Origin: Auanema rhodensis
Taxonomy: Eukaryota; Animalia; Nematoda
Assembly (NCBI GenBank): GCA_964057225.1
Contig: CAXKVF010000094.1
Coordinates: 1 to 64,000 of the forward strand
DNA: 64,000 nucleotides
Direction of reading: 5' to 3'
This document shows, piece after piece, positions 47,605 to 62,600 of the stretch. Position 1 is the first letter of the stretch. Each line of letters starts with the position of its first letter. A program made the position numbers and the translations under genes. The notes under the pieces are model-generated. The model saw only the letters and a program-made list of their open reading frames with translations. It was not told the origin of the DNA and searched no databases.

Positions 47605-50600
47605 CATCACGTGTACATTTAATTAGCATAAATTAAAGTTCACGTAAATTTCAAAGTCATGGTTACCATGAACCAATATCAATAAAAATTTGTTTTTAGA
47701 CTAATATGGACATGGGGAATCTAATTTTGAAAACCGCATCTCTTTATCTTTCACGTGAAGCGAGTTACATACCAAGTGCACATCACGTGTACATTTAATT
47801 AGCATAAATTAAAGTTCACGTAAATTTCAAAGTCATGGTTACCATGAAGCAATATCAATAAAAATTTGTTTTTAGACTAATATGGACATGGGGAATCTAA
47901 TTTTGAAAACCGCATCTCTTTATCTTTCACGTGAAGCGAGTTACATACCAAGTGCACATCACGTGTACATTTAATTAGCATAAATTAAAGTTCACGTAAA
48001 TTTCAAAGTCATGGTTACCATGAACCAATATCAATAAAAATTTGTTTTTAGACTAATATGGACATGGGGAATCTAATTTTGAAAACCGCATCTCTTTATC
48101 TTTCACGTGAAGCGAGTTACATACCAAGTGCACATCACGTGTACATTTAATTAGCATAAATTAAAGTTCACGTAAAATTCAAAGTCATGGTTACCATGCA
48201 CCAATATCAATAAAAATTTGTTTTTAGACTAATATGGACATGGGGAATCTAATTTTGAAAACCGCATCTCTTTATCTTTTACGTGAAGCGAGTTACATAC
48301 CAAGTGCACATCACGTGTACATTTAATTAGCATAAATTAAAGTTCACGTAAATTTCAAAGTCATGGTTACCATGAACCAATATCAATAAAAATTTGTTTT
48401 TAGACTAATATGGACATGGGGAATCTAATTGTGAAAACCGCATCTCTTTATCTTTCACGTGAAGCGAGTTACATACCAAGTGCACATCACGTGTACATTT
48501 AATTAGCATAAATTAAAGTTCACGTAAATTTCAAAGTCATGGTTACCATGAACCAATATCAATAAAAATTTGTTTTTAGACTAATATGGACATGGGGAAT
48601 CTAATTTTGAAAACCGCATCTCTTTATCTTTCACGTGAAGCGAGTTACATACCAAGTGCACATCACGTGTACATTTAATTAGCATAAATTAAAGTTCACG
48701 TAAATTTCAAAGTCATGGTTACCATGAACCAATATCAATAAAAATTTGTTTTTAGACTAATATGGACATGGGGAATCTAATTGTGAAAACCGCATCTCTT
48801 TATCTTTTACGTGAAGCGAGTTACATACCAAGTGCACATCACGTGTACATTTAATTAGCATAAATTAAAGTTCACGTAAATTTCAAAGTCATGGTTACCA
48901 TGAACCAATATCAATAAAAATTTGTTTTTAGACTAATATGGACATGGGGAATCTAATTTTGAAAACCGCATCTCTTTATCTTTCACGTGAAGCGAGTTAC
49001 ATACCAAGTGCACATCACGTGTACATTTAATCAGCATAAATTAAAGTTCACGTAAATTTCAAAGTCATGGTTACCATGCACCAATATCAATAAAAATTTG
49101 TTTTTAGACTAATATGGACATGGGGAATCTAATTTTGAAAACCGCATCTCTTTATCTTTCACGTGAAGCGAGTTACATACCAAGTGCACATCACGTGTAC
49201 ATTTAATTAGCATAAATTAAAGTTCACGTAAATTTCAAAGTCATGGTTACCATGAACCAATATCAATAAAAATTTGTTTTTAGACTAATATGGACATGGG
49301 GAATCTAATTTTGAAAACCGCATCTCTTTATCTTTCACGTGAAGCGAGTTACATACCAAGTGCACATCACGTGTACATTTAATTAGCATAAATTAAAGTT
49401 CACGTAAATTTCAAAGTCATGGTTACCATGCACCAATATCAATAAAAATTTGTTTTTAGACTAATATGGACATGGGGGATCTAATTTTGAAAACCGCATC
49501 TCTTTATCTTTCACGTGAAGCGAGTTACATACCAAGTGCACATCACGTGTACATTTAATTAGCATAAATTAAAGTTCACGTAAATTTCAAAGTCATGGTT
49601 ACCATGAACCAATATCAATAAAAATTTGTTTTTAGACTAATATGGACATGGGGAATCTAATTTTGAAAACCGCATCTCTTTATCTTTCACGTGAAGCGAG
49701 TTACATACCAAGTGCACATCACGTGTACATTTAATTAGCATAAATTAAAGTTCACGTAAATTTCAAAGTCATGGTTACCATGCACCAATATCAATAAAAA
49801 TTTGTTTTTAGACTAATATGGACATGGGGAATCTAATTTTGAAAACCGCATCTCTTTATCTTTTACGTGAAGCGAGTTACATACCAAGTGCACATCACGT
49901 GTACATTTAATTAGCATAAATTAAAGTTCACGTAAATTTCAAAGTCATGGTTACCATGAACCAATATCAATAAAAATTTGTTTTTAGACTAATATGGACA
50001 TGGGGAATCTAATTTTGAAAACCGCATCTCTTTATCTTTCACGTGAAGCGAGTTACATACCAAGTGCACATCACGTGTACATTTAATTAGCATAAATTAA
50101 AGTTCACGTAAATTTCAAAGTCATGGTTACCATGAACCAATATCAATAAAAATTTGTTTTTAGACTAATATGGACATGGGGAATCTAATTTTGAAAACCG
50201 CATCTCTTTATCTTTCACGTGAAGCGAGTTACATACCAAGTGCACATCACGTGTACATTTAATTAGCATAAATTAAAGTTCACGTAAAATTCAAAGTCAT
50301 GGTTACCATGCACCAATATCAATAAAAATTTGTTTTTAGACTAATATGGACATGGGGAATCTAATTTTGAAAACCGCATCTCTTTATCTTTTACGTGAAG
50401 CGAGTTACATACCAAGTGCACATCACGTGTACATTTAATTAGCATAAATTAAAGTTCACGTAAATTTCAAAGTCATGGTTACCATGAACCAATATCAATA
50501 AAAATTTGTTTTTAGACTAATATGGACATGGGGAATCTAATTGTGAAAACCGCATCTCTTTATCTTTCACGTGAAGCGAGTTACATACCAAGTGCACATC

Positions 50601-53600
50601 ACGTGTACATTTAATTAGCATAAATTAAAGTTCACGTAAATTTCAAAGTCATGGTTACCATGAACCAATATCAATAAAAATTTGTTTTTAGACTAATATG
50701 GACATGGGGAATCTAATTTTGAAAACCGCATCTCTTTATCTTTCACGTGAAGCGAGTTACATACCAAGTGCACATCACGTGTACATTTAATTAGCATAAA
50801 TTAAAGTTCACGTAAATTTCAAAGTCATGGTTACCATGAACCAATATCAATAAAAATTTGTTTTTAGACTAATATGGACATGGGGAATCTAATTTTGAAA
50901 ACCGCATCTCTTTATCTTTCACGTGAAGCGAGTTACATACCAAGTGCACATCACGTGTACATTTAATCAGCATAAATTAAAGTTCACGTAAATTTCAAAG
51001 TCATGGTTACCATGCACCAATATCAATAAAAATTTGTTTTTAGACTAATATGGACATGGGGAATCTAATTTTGAAAACCGCATCTCTTTATCTTTCACGT
51101 GAAGCGAGTTACATACCAAGTGCACATCACGTGTACATTTAATTAGCATAAATTAAAGTTCACGTAAATTTCAAAGTCATGGTTACCATGAACCAATATC
51201 AATAAAAATTTGTTTTTAGACTAATATGGACATGGGGAATCTAATTTTGAAAACCGCATCTCTTTATCTTTCACGTGAAGCGAGTTACATACCAAGTGCA
51301 CATCACGTGTACATTTAATTAGCATAAATTAAAGTTCACGTAAATTTCAAAGTCATGGTTACCATGCACCAATATCAATAAAAATTTGTTTTTAGACTAA
51401 TATGGACATGGGGGATCTAATTTTGAAAACCGCATCTCTTTATCTTTCACGTGAAGCGAGTTACATACCAAGTGCACATCACGTGTACATTTAATTAGCA
51501 TAAATTAAAGTTCACGTAAATTTCAAAGTCATGGTTACCATGAACCAATATCAATAAAAATTTGTTTTTAGACTAATATGGACATGGGGAATCTAATTTT
51601 GAAAACCGCATCTCTTTATCTTTCACGTGCAGCGAGTTACATACCAAGTGCACATCACGTGTACATTTAATTAGCATAAATTAAAGTTCACGTAAATTTC
51701 AAAGTCATGGTTACCATGCACCAATATCAATAAAAATTTGTTTTTAGACTAATATGGACATGGGGAATCTAATTTTGAAAACCGCATCTCTTTATCTTTT
51801 ACGTGAAGCGAGTTACATACCAAGTGCACATCACGTGTACATTTAATTAGCATAAATTAAAGTTCACGTAAATTTCAAAGTCATGGTTACCATGAACCAA
51901 TATCAATAAAAATTTGTTTTTAGACTAATATGGACATGGGGAATCTAATTTTGAAAACCGCATCTCTTTATCTTTCACGTGAAGCGAGTTACATACCAAG
52001 TGCACATCACGTGTACATTTAATCAGCATAAATTAAAGTTCACGTAAATTTCAAAGTCATGGTTACCATGCACCAATATCAATAAAAATTTGTTTTTAGA
52101 CTAATATGGACATGGGGAATCTAATTTTGAAAACCGCATCTCTTTATCTTTCACGTGAAGCGAGTTACATACCAAGTGCACATCACGTGTACATTTAATC
52201 AGCATAAATTAAAGTTCACGTAAATTTCAAAGTCATGGTTACCATGCACCAATATCAATAAAAATTTGTTTTTAGACTAATATGGACATGGGGAATCTAA
52301 TTTTGAAAACCGCATCTCTTTATCTTTCACGTGAAGCGAGTTACATACCAAGTGCACATCACGTGTACATTTAATTAGCATAAATTAAAGTTCACGTAAA
52401 TTTCAAAGTCATGGTTACCATGCACCAATATCAATAAAAATTTGTTTTTAGACTAATATGGACATGGGGAATCTAATTTTGAAAACCGCATCTCTTTATC
52501 TTTCACGTGAAGCGAGTTACATACCAAGTGCACATCACGTGTACATTTAATTAGCATAAATTAAAGTTCACGTAAATTTCAAAGTCATGGTTACCATGCA
52601 CCAATATCAATAAAAATTTGTTTTTAGACTAATATGGACATGGGGAATCTAATTTTGAAAACCGCATCTCTTTATCTTTTACGTGAAGCGAGTTACATAC
52701 CAAGTGCACATCACGTGTACATTTAATTAGCATAAATTAAAGTTCACGTAAATTTCAAAGTCATGGTTACCATGAACCAATATCAATAAAAATTTGTTTT
52801 TAGACTAATATGGACATGGGGAATCTAATTTTGAAAACCGCATCTCTTTATCTTTCACGTGAAGCGAGTTACATACCAAGTGCACATCACGTGTACATTT
52901 AATCAGCATAAATTAAAGTTCACGTAAATTTCAAAGTCATGGTTACCATGCACCAATATCAATAAAAATTTGTTTTTAGACTAATATGGACATGGGGAAT
53001 CTAATTTTGAAAACCGCATCTCTTTATCTTTCACGTGAAGCGAGTTACATACCAAGTGCACATCACGTGTACATTTAATCAGCATAAATTAAAGTTCACG
53101 TAAATTTCAAAGTCATGGTTACCATGCACCAATATCAATAAAAATTTGTTTTTAGACTAATATGGACATGGGGAATCTAATTTTGAAAACCGCATCTCTT
53201 TATCTTTCACGTGAAGCGAGTTACATACCAAGTGCACATCACGTGTACATTTAATTAGCATAAATTAAAGTTCACGTAAATTTCAAAGTCATGGTTACCA
53301 TGCACCAATATCAATAAAAATTTGTTTTTAGACTAATATGGACATGGGGAATCTAATTTTGAAAACCGCATCTCTTTATCTTTCACGTGAAGCGAGTTAC
53401 ATACCAAGTGCACATCACGTGTACATTTAATTAGCATAAATTAAAGTTCACGTAAATTTCAAAGTCATGGTTACCATGCACCAATATCAATAAAAATTTG
53501 TTTTTAGACTAATATGGACATGGGGAATCTAATTTTGAAAACCGCATCTCTTTATCTTTTACGTGAAGCGAGTTACATACCAAGTGCACATCACGTGTAC

Positions 53601-56600
53601 ATTTAATTAGCATAAATTAAAGTTCACGTAAATTTCAAAGTCATGGTTACCATGAACCAATATCAATAAAAATTTGTTTTTAGACTAATATGGACATGGG
53701 GAATCTAATTTTGAAAACCGCATCTCTTTATCTTTCACGTGAAGCGAGTTACATACCAAGTGCACATCACGTGTACATTTAATTAGCATAAATTAAAGTT
53801 CACGTAAATTTCAAAGTCATGGTTACCATGCACCAATATCAATAAAAATTTGTTTTTAGACTAATATGGACATGGGGAATCTAATTTTGAAAACCGCATC
53901 TCTTTATCTTTCACGTGAAGCGAGTTACATACCAAGTGCACATCACGTGTACATTTAATTAGCATAAATTAAAGTTCACGTAAATTTCAAAGTCATGGTT
54001 ACCATGAAGCAATATCAATAAAAATTTGTTTTTAGACTAATATGGACATGGGGAATCTAATTTTGAAAACCGCATCTCTTTATCTTTCACGTGAAGCGAG
54101 TTACATACCAAGTGCACATCACGTGTACATTTAATTAGCATAAATTAAAGTTCACGTAAATTTCAAAGTCATGGTTACCATGCACCAATATCAATAAAAA
54201 TTTGTTTTTAGACTAATATGGACATGGGGGGTCTAATTTTGAAAACCGCATCTCTTTATCTTTTACGTGAAGCGAGTTACATACCAAGTGCACATCACGT
54301 GTACATTTAATTAGCATAAATTAAAGTTCACGTAAATTTCAAAGTCATGGTTACCATGAACCAATATCAATAAAAATTTGTTTTTAGACTAATATGGACA
54401 TGGGGAATCTAATTTTGAAAACCGCATCTCTTTATCTTTCACGTGAAGCGAGTTACATACCAAGTGCACATCACGTGTACATTTAATTAGCATAAATTAA
54501 AGTTCACGTAAATTTCAAAGTCATGGTTACCATGCACCAATATCAATAAAAATTTGTTTTTAGACTAATATGGACATGGGGAATCTAATTTTGAAAACCG
54601 CATCTCTTTATCTTTCACGTGAAGCGAGTTACATACCAAGTGCACATCACGTGTACATTTAATTAGCATAAATTAAAGTTCACGTAAATTTCAAAGTCAT
54701 GGTTACCATGCACCAATATCAATAAAAATTTGTTTTTAGACTAATATGGACATGGGGAATCTAATTTTGAAAACCGCATCTCTTTATCTTTCACGTGAAG
54801 CGAGTTACATACCAAGTGCACATCACGTGTACATTTAATTAGCATAAATTAAAGTTCACATAAATTTCAAAGTCATGGTTACCATGCACCAATATCAATA
54901 AAAATTTGTTTTTAGACTAATATGGACATGGGGAATCTAATTTTGAAAACCGCATCTCTTTATCTTTCACGTGAAGCGAGTTACATACCGAGTGCACATC
55001 ACGTGTACATTTAATTAGCATAAATTAAAGTTCACGTAAATTTCAAAGTCATGGTTACCATGAACCAATATCAATAAAAATTTGTTTTTAGACTAATATG
55101 GACATGGGGAATCTAATTTTGAAAACCGCATCTCTTTATCTTTCATGTGAAGCGAGTTACATACCAAGTGCACATCACGTGTACATTTAATTAGCATAAA
55201 TTAAAGTTCACGTAAATTTCAAAGTCATGGTTACCATGAAGCAATATCAATAAAAATTTGTTTTTAGACTAATATGGACATGGGGAATCTAATTTTGAAA
55301 ACCGCATCTCTTTATCTTTCACGTGAAGCGAGTTACATACCAAGTGCACATCACGTGTACATTTAATTAGCATAAATTAAAGTTTACGTAAATTTCAAAG
55401 TCATGGTTACCATGAACCAATATCAATAAAAATTTGTTTTTAGACTAATATGGACATGGGGAATCTAATTTTGAAAACCGCATCTCTTTATCTTTCACGT
55501 GAAGCGAGTTACATACCAAGTGCACATCACGTGTACATTTAATTAGCATAAATTAAAGTTCACGTAAAATTCAAAGTCATGGTTACCATGCACTAATATC
55601 AATAAAAATTTGTTTTTAGACTAATATGGACATGGGGAATCTAATTTTGAAAACCGCATCTCTTTATCTTTTACGTGAAGCGAGTTACATACCAAGTGCA
55701 CATCACGTGTACATTTAATTAGCATAAATTAAAGTTCACGTAAATTTCAAAGTCATGGTTACCATGAACCAATATCAATAAAAATTTGTTTTTAGACTAA
55801 TATGGACATGGGGAATCTAATTTTGAAAACCGCATCTCTTTATCTTTCACGTGAAGCGAGTTACATACCAAGTGCACATCACGTGTACATTTAATTAGCA
55901 TAAATTAAAGTTCACGTAAATTTCAAAGTCATGGTTACCATGAACCAATATCAATAAAAATTTGTTTTTAGACTAATATGGACATGGGGAATCTAATTTT
56001 GAAAACCGCATCTCTTTATCTTTCACGTGAAGCGAGTTACATACCAAGTGCACATCACGTGTACATTTAATTAGCATAAATTAAAGTTCACGTAAATTTC
56101 AAAGTCATGGTTACCATGCACCAATATCAATAAAAATTTGTTTTTAGACTAATATGGACATGGGGGATCTAATTTTGAAAACCGCATCTCTTTATCTTTC
56201 ACGTGAAGCGAGTTACATACCAAGTGCACATCACGTGTACATTTAATTAGCATAAATTAAAGTTCACGTAAATTTCAAAGTCATGGTTACCATGAACCAA
56301 TATCAATAAAAATTTGTTTTTAGACTAATATGGACATGGGGAATCTAATTTTGAAAACCGCATCTCTTTATCTTTCACGTGAAGCGAGTTACATACCAAG
56401 TGCACATCACGTGTACATTTAATTAGCATAAATTAAAGTTCACGTAAATTCCAAAGTCATGGTTACCATGCACCAATATCAATAAAAATTCGTTTTTAGA
56501 CTAATATGGACATGGGGAATCTAATTTTGAAAACCGCATCTCTTTATCTTTCACGTGAAGCGAGTTACATACCAAGTGCACATCACGTGTACATTTAATT

Positions 56601-59600
56601 AGCATAAATTAAAGTTCACGTAAATTTCAAAGTCATGGTTACCATGCACCAATATCAATAAAAATTTGTTTTTAGACTAATATGGACATGGGGAATCTAA
56701 TTTTGAAAACCGCATCTCTTTATCTTTCACGTGAAGCGAGTTACATACCAAGTGCACATCACGTGTACATTTAATTAGCATAAATTAAAGTTCACGTAAA
56801 TTTCAAAGTCATGGTTACCATGCACCAATATCAATAAAAATTTGTTTTTAGACCAATATGGACATGGGGAATCTAATTTTGAAAACCGCATCTCTTTATC
56901 TTTCACGTGAAGCGAGTTACATACCAAGTGCACATCACGTGTACATTTAATTAGCATAAATTAAAGTTCACGTAAATTTCAAAGTCATGGTTACCATGAA
57001 GCAATATCAATAAAAATTTGTTTTTAGACTAATATGGACATGGGGAATCTAATTTTGAAAACCGCATCTCTTTATCTTTCACGTGAAGCGAGTTACATAC
57101 CAAGTGCACATCACGTGTACATTTAATTAGCATAAATTAAAGTTCACGTAAATTTCAAAGTCATGGTTACCATGCACCAATATCAATAAAAATTTGTTTT
57201 TAGACTAATATGGACATGGGGGATCTAATTTTGAAAACCGCATCTCTTTATCTTTTACGTGAAGCGAGTTACATACCAAGTGCACATCACGTGTACATTT
57301 AATTAGCATAAATTAAAGTTCACGTAAATTTCAAAGTCATGGTTACCATGAACCAATATCAATAAAAATTTGTTTTTAGACTAATATGGACATGGGGAAT
57401 CTAATTTTGAAAACCGCATCTCTTTATCTTTCACGTGAAGCGAGTTACATACCAAGTGCACATCACGTGTACATTTAATTAGCATAAATTAAAGTTCACG
57501 TAAATTTCAAAGTCATGGTTACCATGCACCAATATCAATAAAAATTTGTTTTTAGACTAATATGGACATGGGGAATCTAATTTTGTAAACCGCATCTCTT
57601 TATCTTTCACGTGAAGCGAGTTACATACCAAGTGCACATCACGTGTACATTTAATTAGCATAAATTAAAGTTCACGTAAATTTCAAAGTCATGGTTACCA
57701 TGCACCAATATCAATAAAAATTGGTTTTTAGACTAATATGGACATGGGGAATCTAATTTTGAAAACCGCATCTCTTTATCTTTCACGTGAAGCGAGTTAC
57801 ATACCAAGTGCACATCACGTGTACATTTAATTAGCATAAATTAAAGTTCACGTAAATTTCAAAGTCATGGTTACCATGCACCAATATCAATAAAAATTTG
57901 TTTTTAGACTAATATGGACATGGGGAATCTAATTTTGAAAACCGCATCTTTTTATCTTTCACGTGAAGCGAGTTACATACCAAGTGCACATCACGTGTAC
58001 ATTTAATTAGCATAAATTAAAGTTCACGTAAATTTCAAAGTCATGGTTACCATGCACCAATATCAATAAAAATTTGTTTTTAGACTAATATGGACATGGG
58101 GAATCTAATTTTGTAAACCGCATCTCTTTATCTTTCACGTGAAGCGAGTTACATACCAAGTGCACATCACGTGTACATTTAATTAGCATAAATTAAAGTT
58201 CACGTAAATTTCAAAGTCATGGTTACCATGCACCAATATCAATAAAAATTGGTTTTTAGACTAATATGGACATGGGGAATCTAATTTTGAAAACCGCATC
58301 TCTTTATCTTTCACGTGAAGCGAGTTACATACCAAGTGCACATCACGTGTACATTTAATTAGCATAAATTAAAGTTCACGTAAATTTCAAAGTCATGGTT
58401 ACCATGCACCAATATCAATAAAAATTTGTTTTTAGACTAATATGGACATGGGGAATCTAATTTTGAAAACCGCATCTCTTTATCTTTCACGTGAAGCGAG
58501 TTACATACCAAGTGCACATCACGTGTACATTTAATTAGCATAAATTAAAGTTCACGTAAATTTCAAAGTCATGGTTACCATGAACCAATATCAATAAAAA
58601 TTTGTTTTTAGACTAATATGGACATGGGGAATCTAATTTTGAAAACCGCATCTCTTTATCTTTCACGTGAAGCGAGTTACATACCAAGTGCACATCACGT
58701 GTACATTTAATTAGCATAAATTAAAGTTCACGTAAATTTCAAAGTCATGGTTACCATGAACCAATATCAATAAAAATTTGTTTTTAGACTAATATGGACA
58801 TGGGGAATCTAATTTTGAAAACCGCATCTCTTTATCTTTCACGTGAAGCGAGTTACATACCAAGTGCACATCACGTGTACATTTAATTAGCATAAATTAA
58901 AGTTCACGTAAATTCCAAAGTCATGGTTACCATGCACCAATATCAATAAAAATTCGTTTTTAGACTAATATGGACATGGGGAATCTAATTTTGAAAACCG
59001 CATCTCTTTATCTTTCACGTGAAGCGAGTTACATACCAAGTGCACATCACGTGTACATTTAATTAGCATAAATTAAAGTTCACGTAAATTTCAAAGTCAT
59101 GGTTACCATGCACCAATATCAATAAAAATTTGTTTTTAGACTAATATGGACATGGGGAATCTAATTTTGAAAACCGCATCTCTTTATCTTTCACGTGAAG
59201 CGAGTTACATACCAAGTGCACATCACGTGTACATTTAATTAGCATAAATTAAAGTTCACGTAAATTTCAAAGTCATGGTTACCATGCACCAATATCAATA
59301 AAAATTTGTTTTTAGACTAATATGGACATGGGGAATCTAATTTTGAAAACCGCATCTCTTTATCCTTCACGTGAAGCGAGTTACATACCAAGTGCACATC
59401 ACGTGTACATTTAATTAGCATAAATTAAAGTTCACGTAAATTTCAAAGTCATGGTTACCATGAAGCAATATCAATAAAAATTTGTTTTTAGACTAATATG
59501 GACATGGGGAATCTAATTTTGAAAACCGCATCTCTTTATCTTTCACGTGAAGCGAGTTACATACCAAGTGCACATCACGTGTACATTTAATTAGCATAAA

Positions 59601-62600
59601 TTAAAGTTCACGTAAATTTCAAAGTCATGGTTACCATGCACCAATATCAATAAAAATTTGTTTTTAGACTAATATGGACATGGGGGATCTAATTTTGAAA
59701 ACCGCATCTCTTTATCTTTTACGTGAAGCGAGTTACATACCAAGTGCACATCACGTGTACATTTAATTAGCATAAATTAAAGTTCACGTAAATTTCAAAG
59801 TCATGGTTACCATGAACCAATATCAATAAAAATTTGTTTTTAGACTAATATGGACATGGGGAATCTAATTTTGAAAACCGCATCTCTTTATCTTTCACGT
59901 GAAGCGAGTTACATACCAAGTGCACATCACGTGTACATTTAATTAGCATAAATTAAAGTTCACGTAAATTTCAAAGTCATGGTTACCATGCACCAATATC
60001 AATAAAAATTTGTTTTTAGACTAATATGGACATGGGGAATCTAATTTTGTAAACCGCATCTCTTTATCTTTCACGTGAAGCGAGTTACATACCAAGTGCA
60101 CATCACGTGTACATTTAATTAGCATAAATTAAAGTTCACGTAAATTTCAAAGTCATGGTTACCATGCACCAATATCAATAAAAATTGGTTTTTAGACTAA
60201 TATGGACATGGGGAATCTAATTTTGAAAACCGCATCTCTTTATCTTTCACGTGAAGCGAGTTACATACCAAGTGCACATCACGTGTACATTTAATTAGCA
60301 TAAATTAAAGTTCACGTAAATTTCAAAGTCATGGTTACCATGCACCAATATCAATAAAAATTTGTTTTTAGACTAATATGGACATGGGGAATCTAATTGT
60401 GAAAACCGCATCTCTTTATCTTTCACGTGAAGCGAGTTACATACCAAGTGCACATCACGTGTACATTTAATTAGCATAAATTAAAGTTCACGTAAATTTC
60501 AAAGTCATGGTTACCATGCACCAATATCAATAAAAATTTGTTTTTAGACTAATATGGACATGGGGAATCTAATTGTGAAAACCGCATCTCTTTATCTTTC
60601 ACGTGAAGCGAGTTACATACCAAGTGCACATCACGTGTACATTTAATTAGCATAAATTAAAGTTCACGTAAATTTCAAAGTCATGGTTACCATGAACCAA
60701 TATCAATAAAAATTTGTTTTTAGACTAATATGGACATGGGGAATCTAATTTTGAAAACCGCATCTCTTTATCTTTCACGTGAAGCGAGTTACATACCAAG
60801 TGCACATCACGTGTACATTTAATTAGCATAAATTAAAGTTCACGTAAATTTCAAAGTCATGGTTACCATGAAGCAATATCAATAAAAATTTGTTTTTAGA
60901 CTAATATGGACATGGGGAATCTAATTTTGAAAACCGCATCTCTTTATCTTTCACGTGAAGCGAGTTACATACCAAGTGCACATCACGTGTACATTTAATT
61001 AGCATAAATTAAAGTTCACGTAAATTTCAAAGTCATGGTTACCATGAACCAATATCAATAAAAATTTGTTTTAAGACTTATATGGACATGGGGAATCTAA
61101 TTTTGAAAACCGCATCTCTTTATCTTTCACGTGAAGCGAGTTACATACCAAGTGCACATCACGTGTACATTTAATTAGCATAAATTAAAGTTCACGTAAA
61201 TTTCAAAGTCATGGTTACCATGAACCAATATCAATAAAAATTTGTTTTTAGACTAATATGGACATGGGGAATCTAATTTTGAAAACCGCATCTCTTTATC
61301 TTTCACGTGAAGCGAGTTACATACCAAGTGCACATCACGTGTACATTAAATTAGCATAAATTAAAGTTCACGTAAATTTCAAAGTCATGGTTACCATGAA
61401 CCAATATCAATAAAAATTTGTTTTTAGACTAATATGGACATGGGGAATCTAATTTTGAAAACCGCATCTCTTTATCTTTCACGTGAAGCGAGTTACATAC
61501 CAAGTGCACATCACGTGTACATTTAATTAGCATAAATTAAAGTTCACGTAAATTTCAAAGTCATGGTTACCATGAACCAATATCAATAAAAATTTGTTTT
61601 TAGACTAATATGGACATGGGGAATCTAATTTTGAAAACCGCATCTCTTTATCTTTCACGTGAAGCGAGTTACATACCAAGTGCACATCACGTGTACATTT
61701 AATTAGCATAAATTAAAGTTCACGTAAATTTCAAAGTCATGGTTACCATGCACCAATATCAATAAAAATTTGTTTTTAGACTAATATGGACATGGGGAAT
61801 CTAATTTTGAAAACCGCATCTCTTTATCTTTCACGTGAAGCGAGTTACATACCAAGTGCACATCACGTGTACATTTAATTAGCATAAATTAAAGTTCACG
61901 TAAATTTCAAAGTCATGGTTACCATGAAGCAATATCAATAAAAATTTGTTTTTAGACTAATATGGACATGGGGAATCTAATTTTGAAAACCGCATCTCTT
62001 TATCTTTCACGTGAAGCGAGTTACATACCAAGTGCACATCACGTGTACATTAAATTAGCATAAATTAAAGTTCACGAAAATTTCAAAGTCATGGTTACCA
62101 TGCACCAATATCAATTAAAATTTGTTTTTAGACTAATATGGACATGGGGAATCTAATTTTGTAAACCGCATCTCTTTATCTTTCACGTGAAGCGAGTTAC
62201 ATACCAAGTGCACATCACGTGTACATTTAATTAGCATAAATTAAAGTTCACGTAAATTTCAAAGTCATGGTTACCATGCACCAATATCAATAAAAATTTG
62301 TTTTTAGACTAATATGGACATGGGGAATCTAATTTTGAAAACCGCATCTCTTTATCTTTCACGTGAAGCGAGTTACATACCAAGTGCACATCACGTGTAC
62401 ATTTAATTAGCATAAATTAAAGTTCACATAAATTTCAAAGTCATGGTTACCATGAACCAATATCAATAAAAATTTGTTTTTAGACTAATATGGACATGGG
62501 GAATCTAATTTTGAAAACCGCATCTCTTTATCTTTCACGTGAAGCGAGTTACATACCAAGTGCACATCACGTGTACATTTAATTAGCATAAATTAAAGTT

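Noticed and set aside
56775-56957. 60-aa ORF in the satellite
   Set aside because: Created by a single T>C variant that removes a stop in one monomer; not a gene.
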